A stretch of DNA of 63,106 nt from Octopus bimaculoides (taxonomy: Eukaryota), in contig NC_068982.1 in assembly GCF_001194135.2 (NCBI RefSeq), positions 55,075,031 through 55,138,136 of the forward strand, given 5' to 3'. Positions 40,845 to 52,929 of this stretch are shown here, in pieces. A model generated the notes under the pieces. The model was not told the DNA's origin, did not search any database, and saw only the letters and a program-made list of their open reading frames with translations. Numbering within the stretch: position 1 is the stretch's first letter; each line of letters starts with the position of its first letter. Position numbers and translations under genes: made by a program.

Positions 40845-41045
40845 CTCTAGGCACAAGGCCCGAAATTTTGGGGGAAGGGACCAGTCGATTAGATTGATCC
40901 CAGTACGCAATTGGTACTTAATTTATCGACCCCGAAAGGATGAAAGGCAAAGTGGACCTCGGCAGAATTTGAACTCAAAACATAAAGACAAACGATGTAC
41001 CGCTAAGCATTTCGTCTGGTGTGCTAACGTTTCTGCCAGCTTTGA
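40845..41045 (-). mobile_element. SINE family C
   Basis: TTCTACTCTAGGCACAAGG...CTAACGTTTCTGCCAGC. Confidence 0.85.
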
Positions 41046-41751
41046 TATAAAAAGCCACACGGAGACTGACTGTGATACTCAAGCTACACTGTTCCAAGAA
41101 AAATTAGTTTCTTTGATGGGAATCACTCTCCTTATAGAATTACATCCATTTTAATAATACTTATACACACGCGCGCGCTCGCATACATGTTTTGGCTTCC
41201 AGACAAGTTGAGACAAGGAAGTAGCGTTTTCTACGTCCTTCAGAATGAATTAATGTGAATGGAGGTAATACTGGTTTTTTAATGTATCCACTGTAATTCT
41301 CATGTAATTCCTTTCCATGCTACCGGGGAATGTTACAGGTACTATAATTTTCTATTATCTGCCGAAGAAAAAAAAAAACATCTCTTGCCGGTACACGTAC
41401 AACAATTTTTCTCCAATGGCAATAATGTGAGGTTACGTATTTCTGCCTGAATGACACTGCTTGTGAAATCACATGCTACAACCGAAATCATACAACTAAC
41501 AGCCACAAACACAATACCCCGTTGTAACTGTAGAATGTCCCTCAACCTGACAGCTTATAGAATTTTTCCTCTCCAAAGGGGTTATTATACACAGGGTAAT
41601 TATAATACTATCGGGTGGCGTTAAGCGGAATTATACAGAAATCACTAATGACATTTTGAAAAGATACATTTATTAACATTTACAATTATTCACTTAAAAG
41701 AATACTGAAAATACACATCTTGCTAGTTTCATTTCCACTCATTAGTCTCAC

Positions 41752-42020
41752 CGTAAAAGAGACCATATCACAATAGCTAGGAACATCAACAAGAGAACTC
41801 TCTAATTCAACGGAGTCTACCAGCTGGGTAAGCCTGAGTATGATATAGATATTAAAATTGCCAGGGATATACCTTAATCAGAGATCAGTGATACTAACTA
41901 GCTCTGGTCAACGGAGATTATTCCTTCTCCATGGATTTCCAACTCCATGACCAACTGATCCGATATGCTCCTTGACGACTGCAAGTCTGGATCGAACACT
42001 TTCCCTGGTACTATAATAGT
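41752..42020 (-). pseudogene. Decayed exon (phase 1 to 0)
   Basis: gatag|AC + 89 codons with 2 TGA (YYSTRESVRSRL...LRYIPGNFNIYIILRLTQLVDSVELESSLVDVPSYCDMVSFT)|gtgaga. Confidence 0.5.
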
Positions 42021-42059
42021 CTATCTTGTTTTAGTCTACTACAAATTTGGCACGCTCTC

Positions 42060-42275
42060 TTTCACTTGTTCCAGTCACTTGACTGCGGCCATGCTGGAGC
42101 ACAGCCTTTAGTCGAGCAAATCGACCCCAGGACTTATTCTTTATAAGCCTAGTACTTATTCTATCGGTCTCTTTTGCCGAACCGCTAAGTTACGGGGACG
42201 TAAACACACCAGCATCGGTTGTCAAGCGATATTGGGGGGGACAAACACAGACACACAAATACACACACACACACG

Positions 42276-42345
<70 letters not shown>

Positions 42346-42492
42346 AATACACATACATATATACGACGAGCTTCTTTCAGTTTCCGTCTACCAAATCCAC
42401 TCACAAGGCTTTGGTCGGCCTGAGGCTATAGTAGAAGACACTTGCCCAAGGTGCCACGCAGTGGGACTGAACCCGGAACCATGTGGTTGGTA
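42060..42492 (-). mobile_element. SINE family B
   Basis: Reverse complement of family B; extreme 5' head missing. Confidence 0.9.
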
Positions 42493-43608
42493 GATCAACA
42501 TTAATGAATAAAAATCAACCAAACCGGTGCTCGTCCAAACTCCTGTAGAATTGTTTCGTTTTTCCCCCTCCTTAATGAAAGATAGACAGAGGTAGCATTA
42601 ATTATTTGATGTGTGCAGAAGTCTGTTTCGGACTGGTGGTGTTTAATAAATTAATCATAAAAAAAAAACAATGAGGAAGTGAATAAGAGAGAAAGGAAGT
42701 GAATGGTACTGGAAAGAAAGAACATGCCCGAGAGATAGACGATTGGTACGAGAAGTGGAGGATTTTACGAATAGTTGAGGGAGAGGTGATTGGTGAAACT
42801 AATGGTTGGAGAAACTGCTAATGTCCGATTATAGCCGCGCTCTTTATTGAACTTGAGTAGCAAGGCTTTGAAAGTAAGTATCTTGCTTTAACCATCATCT
42901 TTTAAATCCTGCTGATTATTATAGTCCCAGACATCGTGATCGTATGTATGTATGTATGTATGTATGGATGGATGGATGGATGGATGTTTTCTTTTGAGAT
43001 TTACATAAGTTCTTAATGGATTTCAAACCGATTGTTAACAAAGTGACAAGCCATTTCGAGTGAAGCGTTCTCGGGGTTTGTAGTAGATATGTAGTTGAAT
43101 TGGGATGTGCATATATGTAGGCGTATGTACTTGCATTTACGCTCTCTGTTAACATGTCTTGTCAGTGTTTATGTATTTCAGCGTGCATGTGTGCGTGTTT
43201 CATCACTTTTTACACGTGTGTCCTTGTCGATGCACAGAACCAAATGTGTTCATAAAAAAATTTTTAAAAACCTCAGAAGAAGCCTCTTTGCAACGTCTGA
43301 CAAATTGTCACTGCACTGGTAGTAGACTGGATTTTGGGGGATGCGCATTTGTTTGGGAGATGCACGTACACACATGCGCACAAACATTCACGCGCACAAT
43401 TACTATATATGTATACGTGGATATGTGTGAGTTCGTACTCGCGCGTTTGCCTAGACTTAACGAAGGAGAAATCCCTACCATTTCATCTATAAAAATAATC
43501 ATTTGAGGTCAGCTCAAAACCTTGGCCAAGAGATTAAAATTCTGAGTCATCGACTGGGTATGAACAAGTTCTTTCCGTTTTACTTTTTTGCATTTTCTCC
43601 AGACTTAC

Positions 43609-43757
43609 CTCGACACCTCCCCGCTTCTATACATAGACGCTCAGAACAGAATACCTGATCAAATAACACGAAAGTTCATGTCAGTTCCCTGATGGATTTC
43701 AACATTGACGTCACCAATTCAAAATTCAATCCATATCAAGTGTAGCGTTTTAGTTAT
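43609..43757 (-). pseudogene. Candidate decayed exon
   Basis: tttgttatatag|AT...CGAG|gtaagt (consensus donor); 149 nt, one short of a symmetric 150. Confidence 0.35.
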
Positions 43758-44589
43758 CTATATAACAAATCTTGAATTTAAATGTTTGAAAGTTCCTTAA
43801 GTGTGAAGTCGTGTAAAATATATGAATAGATGATCAAACAAATAAATACATAAAGAATAAACTAAAAAAAAAATATCACAATCACGCCATTTGAAGTCAA
43901 TGACTCACACTTGAAGCGTCTCACAAAAGGTTTAGAGTTGACCATGAAAGGTGTTTAAGCGGAGATTATATGAAATTCGTTGCTTCGTTTACTTTCGTAA
44001 AAGGAATTCATAAAGCCTGCAACAACGACAAAAGTAAGAATGCTTTTAAAAGATAGTAAGTCACTAGAAAAAGAGAAAATGTTGACATAGTTTGTTATGA
44101 GAACAAACTGTGTATGTAAATAAAACAACTCTTAGCTCATAGGCGAACACTCTCAGGTTGGTATGCAATAAGTTTCTTTTATTTTTCAACTTGAAATTTA
44201 CTCCCATTTCTAATCTTTTATTTTCTATCCTTTTCTCTTCAACTCTCGCATATAACTAGTCTCTGAATATGTTGTTATATTTCCTATTTACATCACATTT
44301 TTTCTCGTATTTGCGTTATTCTTTCTGTTACATGTTAGCTAACAATAGTTTGTTTTAAACACAGCAATGGAAAATAATAATGGTTTCCAAATTCTGTACA
44401 AAGTGGAACGTTGAGAAGGATTCACTTAACTCAAGTACTTGATAGTTCGTATTTTATCTGTTCTGGATGGGCAAACGACGAAGTTTAATTTAATGTGATA
44501 TGAACACGATGTATAAACTGACTGGAATACTGCAAGATATTAAGTATAACGTTCTAGCGTGCTGCCATCCCAACCCATTCTAACGCAAA

Positions 44590-44930
44590 TAATAATAATA
44601 ATAATAATAACAATCCTTTCTACTATAGGCACAAGGTCTGAGATTTTGGGGAAGGGGACTAGCCGATTACATCGACCTCAGTGCGATCCCGAAATGATGA
44701 AAGGTAAAGTCGACTTCGGAATTTGAACTCAACGTAAAGACGAACGAAATACCACTAAGCATTTCTCTGCATGCTAATGATTCTGCCAAGTTGCCACCAT
44801 AAAAATAATGATAATAATGATAATTATAATCATTTCTGTTGTAGGCACAAGGCCTGAAATTATGGAGGATGGGGCTAATCAATGGCATCGACTCCAGTGC
44901 TCAACTGGTATTTATTTCATCGACGTCCTG
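44590..44930 (-). mobile_element. Two tandem SINE C copies ending in (TTA)n
   Basis: (AAT)n-CAATCCTTTCTACTATAGGCACAAGG at about 44590-44640; second copy at 44815-44930. Confidence 0.8.
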
Positions 44931-46039
44931 ATCGTTGGTTTCCTGGCCATGTTCATGCTCGGCTTTTGGAACCAAGAATGAAACGACCTCCCCATCGGTT
45001 TTCAGAGTTGTAACTGGTAACGTTCGCCAAATAGCTATCATCATGATCTGCTGTTGCTCTTAATTGTGCTGTTTCTTTCCTTTCAGCTAGGCCCATTCTC
45101 CGAGGCAGGATTATCTTACAATACACATATAGTAGTTGAGCTTTCTGCTCTGTACCGTTAGTCTCAAAATGATCTCTTTACTCCTGCTTTGGGGCACAAT
45201 TTCAGAATCATTATGTGGTTTTCGTGAGGCAGGGGTCAATCAATGCAGTTTTCCTTCTATCCTTCTTCAAATCATTAAGCAATCCCCCAAAAGTTCTTGT
45301 CGCTGGTTCAGAAACCCACGTAGTGTAGACCTTGTGAACAAATAGGCGCCCTTCTCCGAAGAACTTCAGTTAACACACTTGTTTTTGGTCCGAAACTATT
45401 CTTAATTTTTTCTCCTTGTCTCTTCCTACCGTTCCCGGCAGTCATACTCTCTTCTCCGGAATCTTCTCCAGCACATCACCACAAGACAACAGAGGGGAAT
45501 TGTTGCTTGGCGATTGTGAGCGATCGTGTGCTGGAGAAAGGAACTTGTTGACGTTTTAGTTATCTACCTCGTCGACAATTTGAACTGGTGTCACCGAAAA
45601 TGGAGTGATCGCACATGTCTTATGGCTGTTCTCAGAGGTGCAGTACATTTTACAGTTGAAGCCATGGTAGAAAATAAACAACAAATTAAGCGCTACGTCA
45701 ATGCCGATGGTCCCTTTCTTATACCGGACCTTGCTTGCCACTGAACTTAATATTTGTGAAAATGGGTTTGAAAGCATGAATTACTAATGAATAATTAAAA
45801 TTTGGTACAGTTAACTGTGGCCCTACTTCATAGCCTAAAAAGAAACAAATTGTTAATTTTTTCATAACATTTTGCCAATATCTGGTGTCATGTTAGTGTC
45901 ATTATTGTTATTTTATGCTTACATCTAACATTTATATTTAATGGCATTATTGAGGCTTTGTGCATTCAACTACTTAAACCCAATAGTAGTATAATCGTGA
46001 AAAGTTTGCATTTGATTAATCTCTTATTCCTGCCAAAAT

Positions 46040-46120
46040 AGGTCGGGGACCACGAGGCCTCCAAAAAATGGTCAGGGGACCGCGAAGCAAAGATTTTGAA
46101 AAAAAGGTTAAGAACCACTG
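46040..46120. mobile_element. hAT MITE right end
   Basis: Ends AAGGTTAAGAACCACTG. A similar end, GTTGAGAATCACTG, lies at about 33216-33229. Confidence 0.55.
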
Positions 46121-46560
46121 TATTGGTGATAGTGGTCCAATTCTCTGATTTCTGTGTCTATGTCGAGTGCAGTGTTTTCAATGCTGATTAATTTGTCTCT
46201 TTTCACTGTCACTTTGGCACATTTGTCTAATCCCATGCTCATTCTGATGTCATTGCTAAAACTATGGACAATTTTAAGGTTTTTGTGTTCTGTGGTGCTT
46301 TTAGTTAAAATTTTTAAGTCGTTCATATGTAAGAGGTGATTTATAGTTTGCTCATAGCATTTGTAACACATGGTTTCGTTTAATAAGTTTGTTAGAGGGG
46401 TCAGAGTAAGACAAAAGAAAAATACAGTCTTCTCATGGGAATGGGGCAGATTTTGATTTTCACTGTTATGCTGGTTTTCCAGTTCGCCATTGCATGACTG
46501 ATATATATTGGACCTACCTTGTGCGGAGAGATTCCAGTATCCATGAGTGTGGATCATCAT
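46121..46560 (-). mobile_element. RLE-LINE (R4/Dong-like) RT fragment
   Basis: FCLTLTPLTNLL...INHLLHMNDLKI...FSNDIRMSMGLDKCAKV matches HLLYMDDLKL and FGLDKC of this clade. Confidence 0.85.
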
Positions 46561-46577
46561 CGAACGCCTTCTGGTAA

Positions 46578-47440
46578 CACTGGACAACAAAGATTTTGCT
46601 ACAGGGGTAAAAGCATGTATTTTAGACTAAATCGAGGATGCCGATTCCGAATCCGCACTCAGAATTGTTCTAGCACGTCAGTATTTTGAGTTATGCGCAT
46701 GTGCAAGATTATAACTATACTTTTGACTAGATTTAGGCAGTATTATAAAATTTGCCAGAGAAATAACAGCAATAAAACAAACGATGAGGAAGTTCATTAT
46801 TTGGTTTAGCAACAGATGGCGCTGATGTATTGTGTACAATGCCAAATATGTCAGTTTGTTTTTGGTAACTCTCAGTGTCGTTTCCGCTGCCGTCATGTGT
46901 GGTATGTGTATCTCTCGGTCTACGTGATTACTGTTTTAACTGTGTGAATCACGCAGACAGCTTTTGTTATGTCTGTGGAAAAATTTGCTCCGCGTGACCA
47001 GCGGAAGAACATTGCCACCAAATTAAAAACTGCCTATAAATATTATTTCGGGTGTAAAGTTGGGGAGCAAGACAAGAGGTGGGCACCTCATATACGCTGC
47101 ACTGTGTGTTACTCAGGACTTACACAGTGGCTGAATGGAAAACGGAAGGGAATGCCTTTTGCTGTACAAATGGTATGGTGTGAGCCAACCAATCATGTCT
47201 CTGGTTGTTACTTTTGCATGACTAATATTAGTGGTGTCTCTAAGAAGACCAAAGCAAAAATTGTGTATGCAGATTGTAAGTCGGCTCTAAAGCCAGTCCC
47301 ACATGACTTCGAGAACCCTGTCCCAGCTTCCCTCTCACATGCTTCACTTGAAAATCTTGACATGTCGCACGAACCCCCTGACTCTCCTATCGACGAAGTG
47401 TACGTAGTTGATTCTAAGAAAAATGAGTCAGGCTAGTTCA
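46578..47440 (+). mobile_element. Chapaev3-like (CMC) DNA transposon, 5' part
   Basis: Terminus CACTGGACAACAAA; CVNHADSFCYVCG (+1 shift) KFAPR...AYKYYFGCKVGEQDKRWAPH..C..C...WLNGK...MVWCEPTNH..CYFC. Confidence 0.85.
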
Positions 47441-47482
47441 TTACCTCCTCCTCTTCTTCCTCCTCCTCCTCCTCCTCTTCTT

Positions 47483-47574
<92 letters not shown>

Positions 47575-47586
47575 TACTACTACTAC

Positions 47587-47657
<71 letters not shown>

Positions 47658-47718
47658 CTAGTAGTAGTGGAGGTTGTTGTTGTTGTTGTGGAGGTAGTAG
47701 TAGTAGTAGTAGTTGTGA
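47441..47718. repeat. Compound triplet microsatellite
   Basis: (CCT)(CTT)(ATT)(ACT)(ATT)(AGT)(GTT)(AGT). Confidence 0.98.
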
Positions 47719-47960
47719 TGTTATCTTGGGGTTTGGTGACATCACGTTTCCTCAATCAGGAAGAACATTTCTTAAGATTCTTACAAATTACAGGATGGCA
47801 CTTTTCTGCTGGTCGCCAATGCGTATCTCCAATTCCAGTATCCTTCAGCTTCTTAGGTAGCAGTTTGTGTCGCGCCAAGTTCACCAACGATCAAAGGAAC
47901 AATTATCACCTCTCTGTTCCGTAATCTCTTCATCTCTCTGGTACGGTGATGATAATGATG
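47719..47960 (-). mobile_element. RLE-LINE 3' end, degenerate
   Basis: REMKRLRNREVIIVPLIVGELGAT...PKKLKDTGIG, then UTR and triplet tail. Confidence 0.7.
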
Positions 47961-48629
47961 ATGCTTTTGTAATTTTCTGTAGCTTTTTTTTTTATTTGGA
48001 GACTGTATGTGTTTTCTTCTTTCAGATAGAAACAATAGCTTATTCTTTGGTTTCTAAACCTGTTGCCGTCGCAGTTTCTATCAATATATACACATTCATT
48101 TGTTTATCTTTTTTTTAAAGGAATCTAGTTTCATATTTAACACTGCGTTAGGTTTATTCTTTTAAATTTCAGTTTCATCTAAGGATTATATCATTCTGTT
48201 TGTTTTCTCCTTGAGTGTAAATAGAAATATGTTTCCGTTGTTCATATTATTTTTTGTTACTTGTTATTTATTTTTTATTTGTTAAGAGTTTTTGTTTCCT
48301 TTCTACGAAGTAGCTAGTATGAGCAGAAAGAATTTTTCGAATTGGCGCTACATATTTTATATTTTCTTAGGGATTTAGTCGTTTGGTTTCTGGATATCGC
48401 TGTTGTAACAGTGGAAGAAGTAGAAGTAAAGAGGATAAAAATAAAAGAAGTAAATTGCGACTGCTTTACTTTCTTAATATTTGAGAATGTTTTATGACAG
48501 CAAGTTCTGAATATTACCATGTTACTAACAAGACGATATGAAGAGAATAATGAATAGATTTTAATCCATTTATTTATTTGCACCAAGTTATGCAGCTTAA
48601 CGATATTTCACATAATAATAATAATGATG

Positions 48630-48699
<70 letters not shown>

Positions 48700-48701
<2 letters not shown>

Positions 48702-49170
48702 GTTTTAGTTTTAACATCATTGTATAGTTTTAACATCATTAACTGGAATCTTACAGAACTGCAACGCCTGGACAAGAAAAGAAAACTACTAAAATCTAAG
48801 AACATGCTCTACCCAAAAGCAGACGTTGATCGTCTGTACCAACCCAGAAGTAATAGGGGAAGAGGAATGATGCAGGTAGAACTGTGCTATAAGTCCTCCA
48901 CAATAGCAATGAACAAGTATTTATCTAGTAAAGAGGACTGGATGCTGCGGCTTGTGTGCAAACACGAAAGCAGCAAAAAATCCCATTCTATTGTCAAGGA
49001 AGCTTGCAAATTCGCAAGGGAACTTGGCATTAACCCTGAATTAGATGAAGAACCTGAAACCACTGCCACAACACAAGCAAAACGGATCGAGCAGACTGCA
49101 AAAAAAAAGAACGGGCAAAAATAAATTGAGGAGCGGTGGATGTCTTGTGCTGATACCAAGCGAATACAAA
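48700..49170 (+). mobile_element. RLE-LINE fragment abutting (TAA)n
   Basis: SFNIINWNLTELQRLDKK...LYPKADVDRLYQPRSNRGRGM; (ATA)n at 48612-48699. Confidence 0.88.
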
Positions 49171-49609
49171 AATCGCCACGTGTACCATCTTTAGCTATCC
49201 ACAGAAATGCTGCTTATAAATAAATCCATTGTTACTGAAAACTCAAGGAAATCAAATAAACCGATTTACGCATATAGCGCATCTTGGCAACCAGTTCGAG
49301 TTAAAAATCACCGATAATTTAGTATTCCGTTTTAATGTTGTACTGCATAAACTGAACATATTTATATAGTTTAGCTAGAATTGCATGTATACTCAGATGT
49401 AAGCACCAGGATTGAAAGTAATCCGGAGGAGCATAATGTTTTTTGCTCACGAAGATGCTGTATAAGGATATATTGATTATATCTGTGAATCTGTGAAAAC
49501 ACAGTGTACTACAGGATTACCTGTGTCTTAGCGTTTAACGATATTTATCGTTATTTACTTCTTTGAATAATGAGGTACAACCCATGAGAATATATCTTTT
49601 GCATTTTTA

Positions 49610-49995
49610 CTTGTTTCAATCATTAGATATCGGCAATGCTGGGGCACTGCTTTGAGGAATTTTAGTCGAACTAATCGACCACAGTACTTATTTTCTTTTC
49701 AAGCCAGGTATTTTAAAAGCCTGTTACTTCTTCTATCGGTCTTTTTAACATAACAGCTAAGTTACGGAGACATGAACGCATCAACACCAGTTGTCAAGCG
49801 GTGGTAGGGAACAAACACAGATACAAAGACACACATACATAGTTTCCATCAACCAAATCCACTCACAAGGCTTTGGTCGACTCGAGGCTATAGTAGATGA
49901 CACTTGCTCAGGGTGCCACACAGTCGGATTGAAACTGGAACCATGTAGTTTTGGAGCAGACTTCTTACCACACAGCCACACCTGCGCCTATAAAC
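49610..49995 (-). mobile_element. SINE family B, diverged
   Basis: Head rc at CCACACAGCCACACCTGCGCCTA; tail rc at about 49615-49650. Confidence 0.8.
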
Positions 49996-50100
49996 AACAA
50001 GAATAGAATACCAACGAAATGTAACACTTATTTTTGCAAAACAACAAAAGTGGAGTAAAGTGGACAACGATGATGACAGCAACTGTAGCAAGAATACAAG

Positions 50101-50165
50101 ACAGTACTTTCTTGTACTTTCTTTTACTTTCTTGTACTTTCTTTTACTTTCTTTTACTTTCTTCT
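50101..50165. repeat. 10-bp minisatellite (TACTTTCTT[G/T]), about 6 copies
   Basis: Read directly from the sequence. Confidence 0.9.
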
Positions 50166-50563
50166 GGCAAGAATGTAAAAAAGCAATACTTAAAAGTGAC
50201 CTGAAAGCTAGAATGTCAATGACAACAAGATGACATCAAAACCAATTCTAACAACCAAAGCAACATTTACAACACTGAAAATATGAGCGACAACCACAAC
50301 AGTTACAACAACACCAATAAAGCCAAACAAGTTACAGTCACACTAACAACTACAACAGCAGCAGCAGTAGCAGCAGCAACAACAATAAAAATAAAAGCAA
50401 CAACAACAACAGGAACTACATCAAGACTGGATAGTGATAGCACTTGCGACACCAACAATAATACAGTTATACAACAAAGACGTTTACGGCTCAAAATGCA
50501 ACAGAGACAGGCCCCTGCGCAAGGATGACACGCAAATTCGTGAAGCGTTTCGTATTTTTCTAA

Positions 50564-50836
50564 GGTGCTGGAGTGGTTGTGTGGTAAGTAGCTTGCTAAT
50601 AGGCGCAGGAGTGGCTGTGTGGTAAGTAGCTTGCTAATAGGCGCAGGAGTGGCTATGTGGTAAGTAGCTTGCTAATAGGCGCAGGAGTGGCTGTGTGGTA
50701 AGTAGCTTGCTTACCAACCACATGGTTCCGGGTTCATTCCCACTGCGTGGCACATTGGGCAAATGGCTTCTACTATAGCCTCGGGTCGACCAAAGCCTTG
50801 TGGATTTGGTAGACGGAAACTGAAAGAAGCCCGTCG

Positions 50837-50899
<63 letters not shown>

Positions 50900-51095
50900 T
50901 TGTTCTCCCACCCCAACATCGCTTAACAACCGATGGTTGTATGATTACGTCCCCGTAACTTAGTGGTTCAGCAAAAGTGACCGATAGAATAAGTACTAGG
51001 CTTACAAAGAATAAGTCCTGGTGTCAATTTGCTCGACTAAAGGCGGTGCTCCAGCATGGCCGCAGTCAAATGACTGAAACAAGTAAAAGAAATAT
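50564..51095 (+). mobile_element. SINE B with a four-fold 38-bp head
   Basis: Head units start at 50564, 50602, 50640 and 50678, followed by the normal body. Confidence 0.92.
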
Positions 51096-51507
51096 GAGAA
51101 TCGAAAAAGGGAAGAAGAGCAATCACAACAGTACTACACACAACACAGAAATACAGCATCTTTCACTCTGCTAAACATAGCAACCAAATCTACGTTAAAT
51201 CACTCCTAAGAATCTTTAAAAAGACCGGACACATTGCATAATGGATAAATTATAAATATATTACACCGAAAAAAAAATAGAAAACAAAACAAACCAAAAA
51301 AAGGTGAACGTTTAAAGGAATGTCTTTGATCATCGGTATGCATGCTTAATCAGGGTTGACCTGGATGGAACTAAACACCAACAATAGAAACGATGACAAC
51401 TAAAATTGTGTTTTTTGTAAATTATGACAAACAAGGCAAGAGTCAGACGGCGCCAAAATAGTCTTAAAATGTCTACCAGTAAACACACACACACACATAC
51501 ACACATG

Positions 51508-51555
<48 letters not shown>

Positions 51556-51607
51556 TGTGTGTAAATGTGCANNNNNNNNNNTACATACATATATATATAT
51601 ATATATA

Positions 51608-51649
<42 letters not shown>

Positions 51650-52117
51650 CATATATATATATATACGCAATACATATATACACTCACATGTATATCTATG
51701 TTTGTATGTATGTATGTACGAATGTATGTATGTATTATATATACACACACATAAACATATATAAACATATATGATTTTATTCTCATTATTATTGCTATTA
51801 TTATTTTCATTGTTTCAGTTACTTTATTAGATTTTACACTTGGCCAGCACGTTAGGATATGAATATCGGTGTGCGCTAAGTAAGCACTTCTAATTATTAA
51901 CACACACACACACACATATTTATATGTTTATAGACAGCAGTTTGCAATGTTTTACCAAACAGGAAAACTATAATTGTCATTAAATGTGACTAGGGTGTTA
52001 GAACACCAACATTGCTAGTATTAAGAGCTAAAAATCTCTAACGCTGTAGTTAAGGCACATAATTGTATACGTATGTATTGACAGAGACCGTAATTGTCCG
52101 AAATCACCGGTCGAGAA

Positions 52118-52171
52118 TTTCCTATACTGATTGGTCAGTTTCGGCTGACTCCATAGCCTCATCAACAGGGA
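52118..52171 (-). ncRNA. Type I hammerhead motif with C3U
   Basis: CCUG-UUGAUGA-GGCU[AUGGAGUC]AGCC-GAAA-CUGA(CCAA)UCAG-UA^UAGG; all three stems form; cleavage would follow 52125. Confidence 0.72.
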
Positions 52172-52299
52172 CCACTTTCAGAATCTTCCGGACTTGCTTC
52201 TCTACCAGTACATATGTATTCACCATTAAAATCGAGGATGATTAAGCGAATCGCTAATGTATATACAATAATTCAATATAGACAGCAGTGTGCAATGTA

Positions 52300-52775
52300 T
52301 CAGTCTTTTTCTTTCATGATAATACGTTGATCTCCTGGCACTGCCACGTCATATATTAGGCACTCTTGTTTGTTCCTTCTAAAGGTTACTATATCCGCCC
52401 TTTGGTTCTCTAACACTTTGTCTGCCTTTAAGTCAAAGTCCCAGAGGATTTTGTTTTCTCTTTTCGTCCATTACCTTTTCCGGTGTATGTTGTAACCAAA
52501 CGCCAGTTACCTCGTATCCATACTTCCGGCATAGTAACCAGTGAATGTTTTGGGCTACCTTGTCGTGTCTGCGCTTGTATTCTTTCTGCACAAGACTTCC
52601 ACAAGCACAATGTGAGTTACGCTTTCGACCCTCTTCCCACACATTCTGCAGAAATTCGTTGCACTTGTATGGTATATACCTCTTTTCACTGAGTTGGTAT
52701 TCAATGCCTGATCCTGGGCAGCGATGGCTTTCAGTCTTCTTTTTTAAGTCACCCTGATGCTTCCTGAGACTAGGA

Positions 52776-52776
<1 letters not shown>
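52300..52776 (-). mobile_element. RLE-LINE fragment (CCHC knuckle and start of RLE)
   Basis: AQDQALNTNSVKRGIY...CRMCGKRVESVTHI..CGSLVQKEYKRRHDKVAQNIHWLLC...ADIV; 5' junction at (TAA)n 52777-52835. Confidence 0.88.
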
Positions 52777-52837
<61 letters not shown>

Positions 52838-52929
52838 GGAGATGAGCTGGCAGAATCGTTAGCACGCCGGGCAAAATACTTAGCGACGTTTCACTCGTCG
52901 TCATATTCTGAGTTCAAATTTCGCCATTT

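Noticed and set aside
45000-45760. LTR or gag remnant
   Set aside because: GC-richer, but with no paired LTR, PBS or recognisable motif.
50564-50715. CRISPR array
   Set aside because: No spacers; it is a tandem SINE head in a eukaryote.
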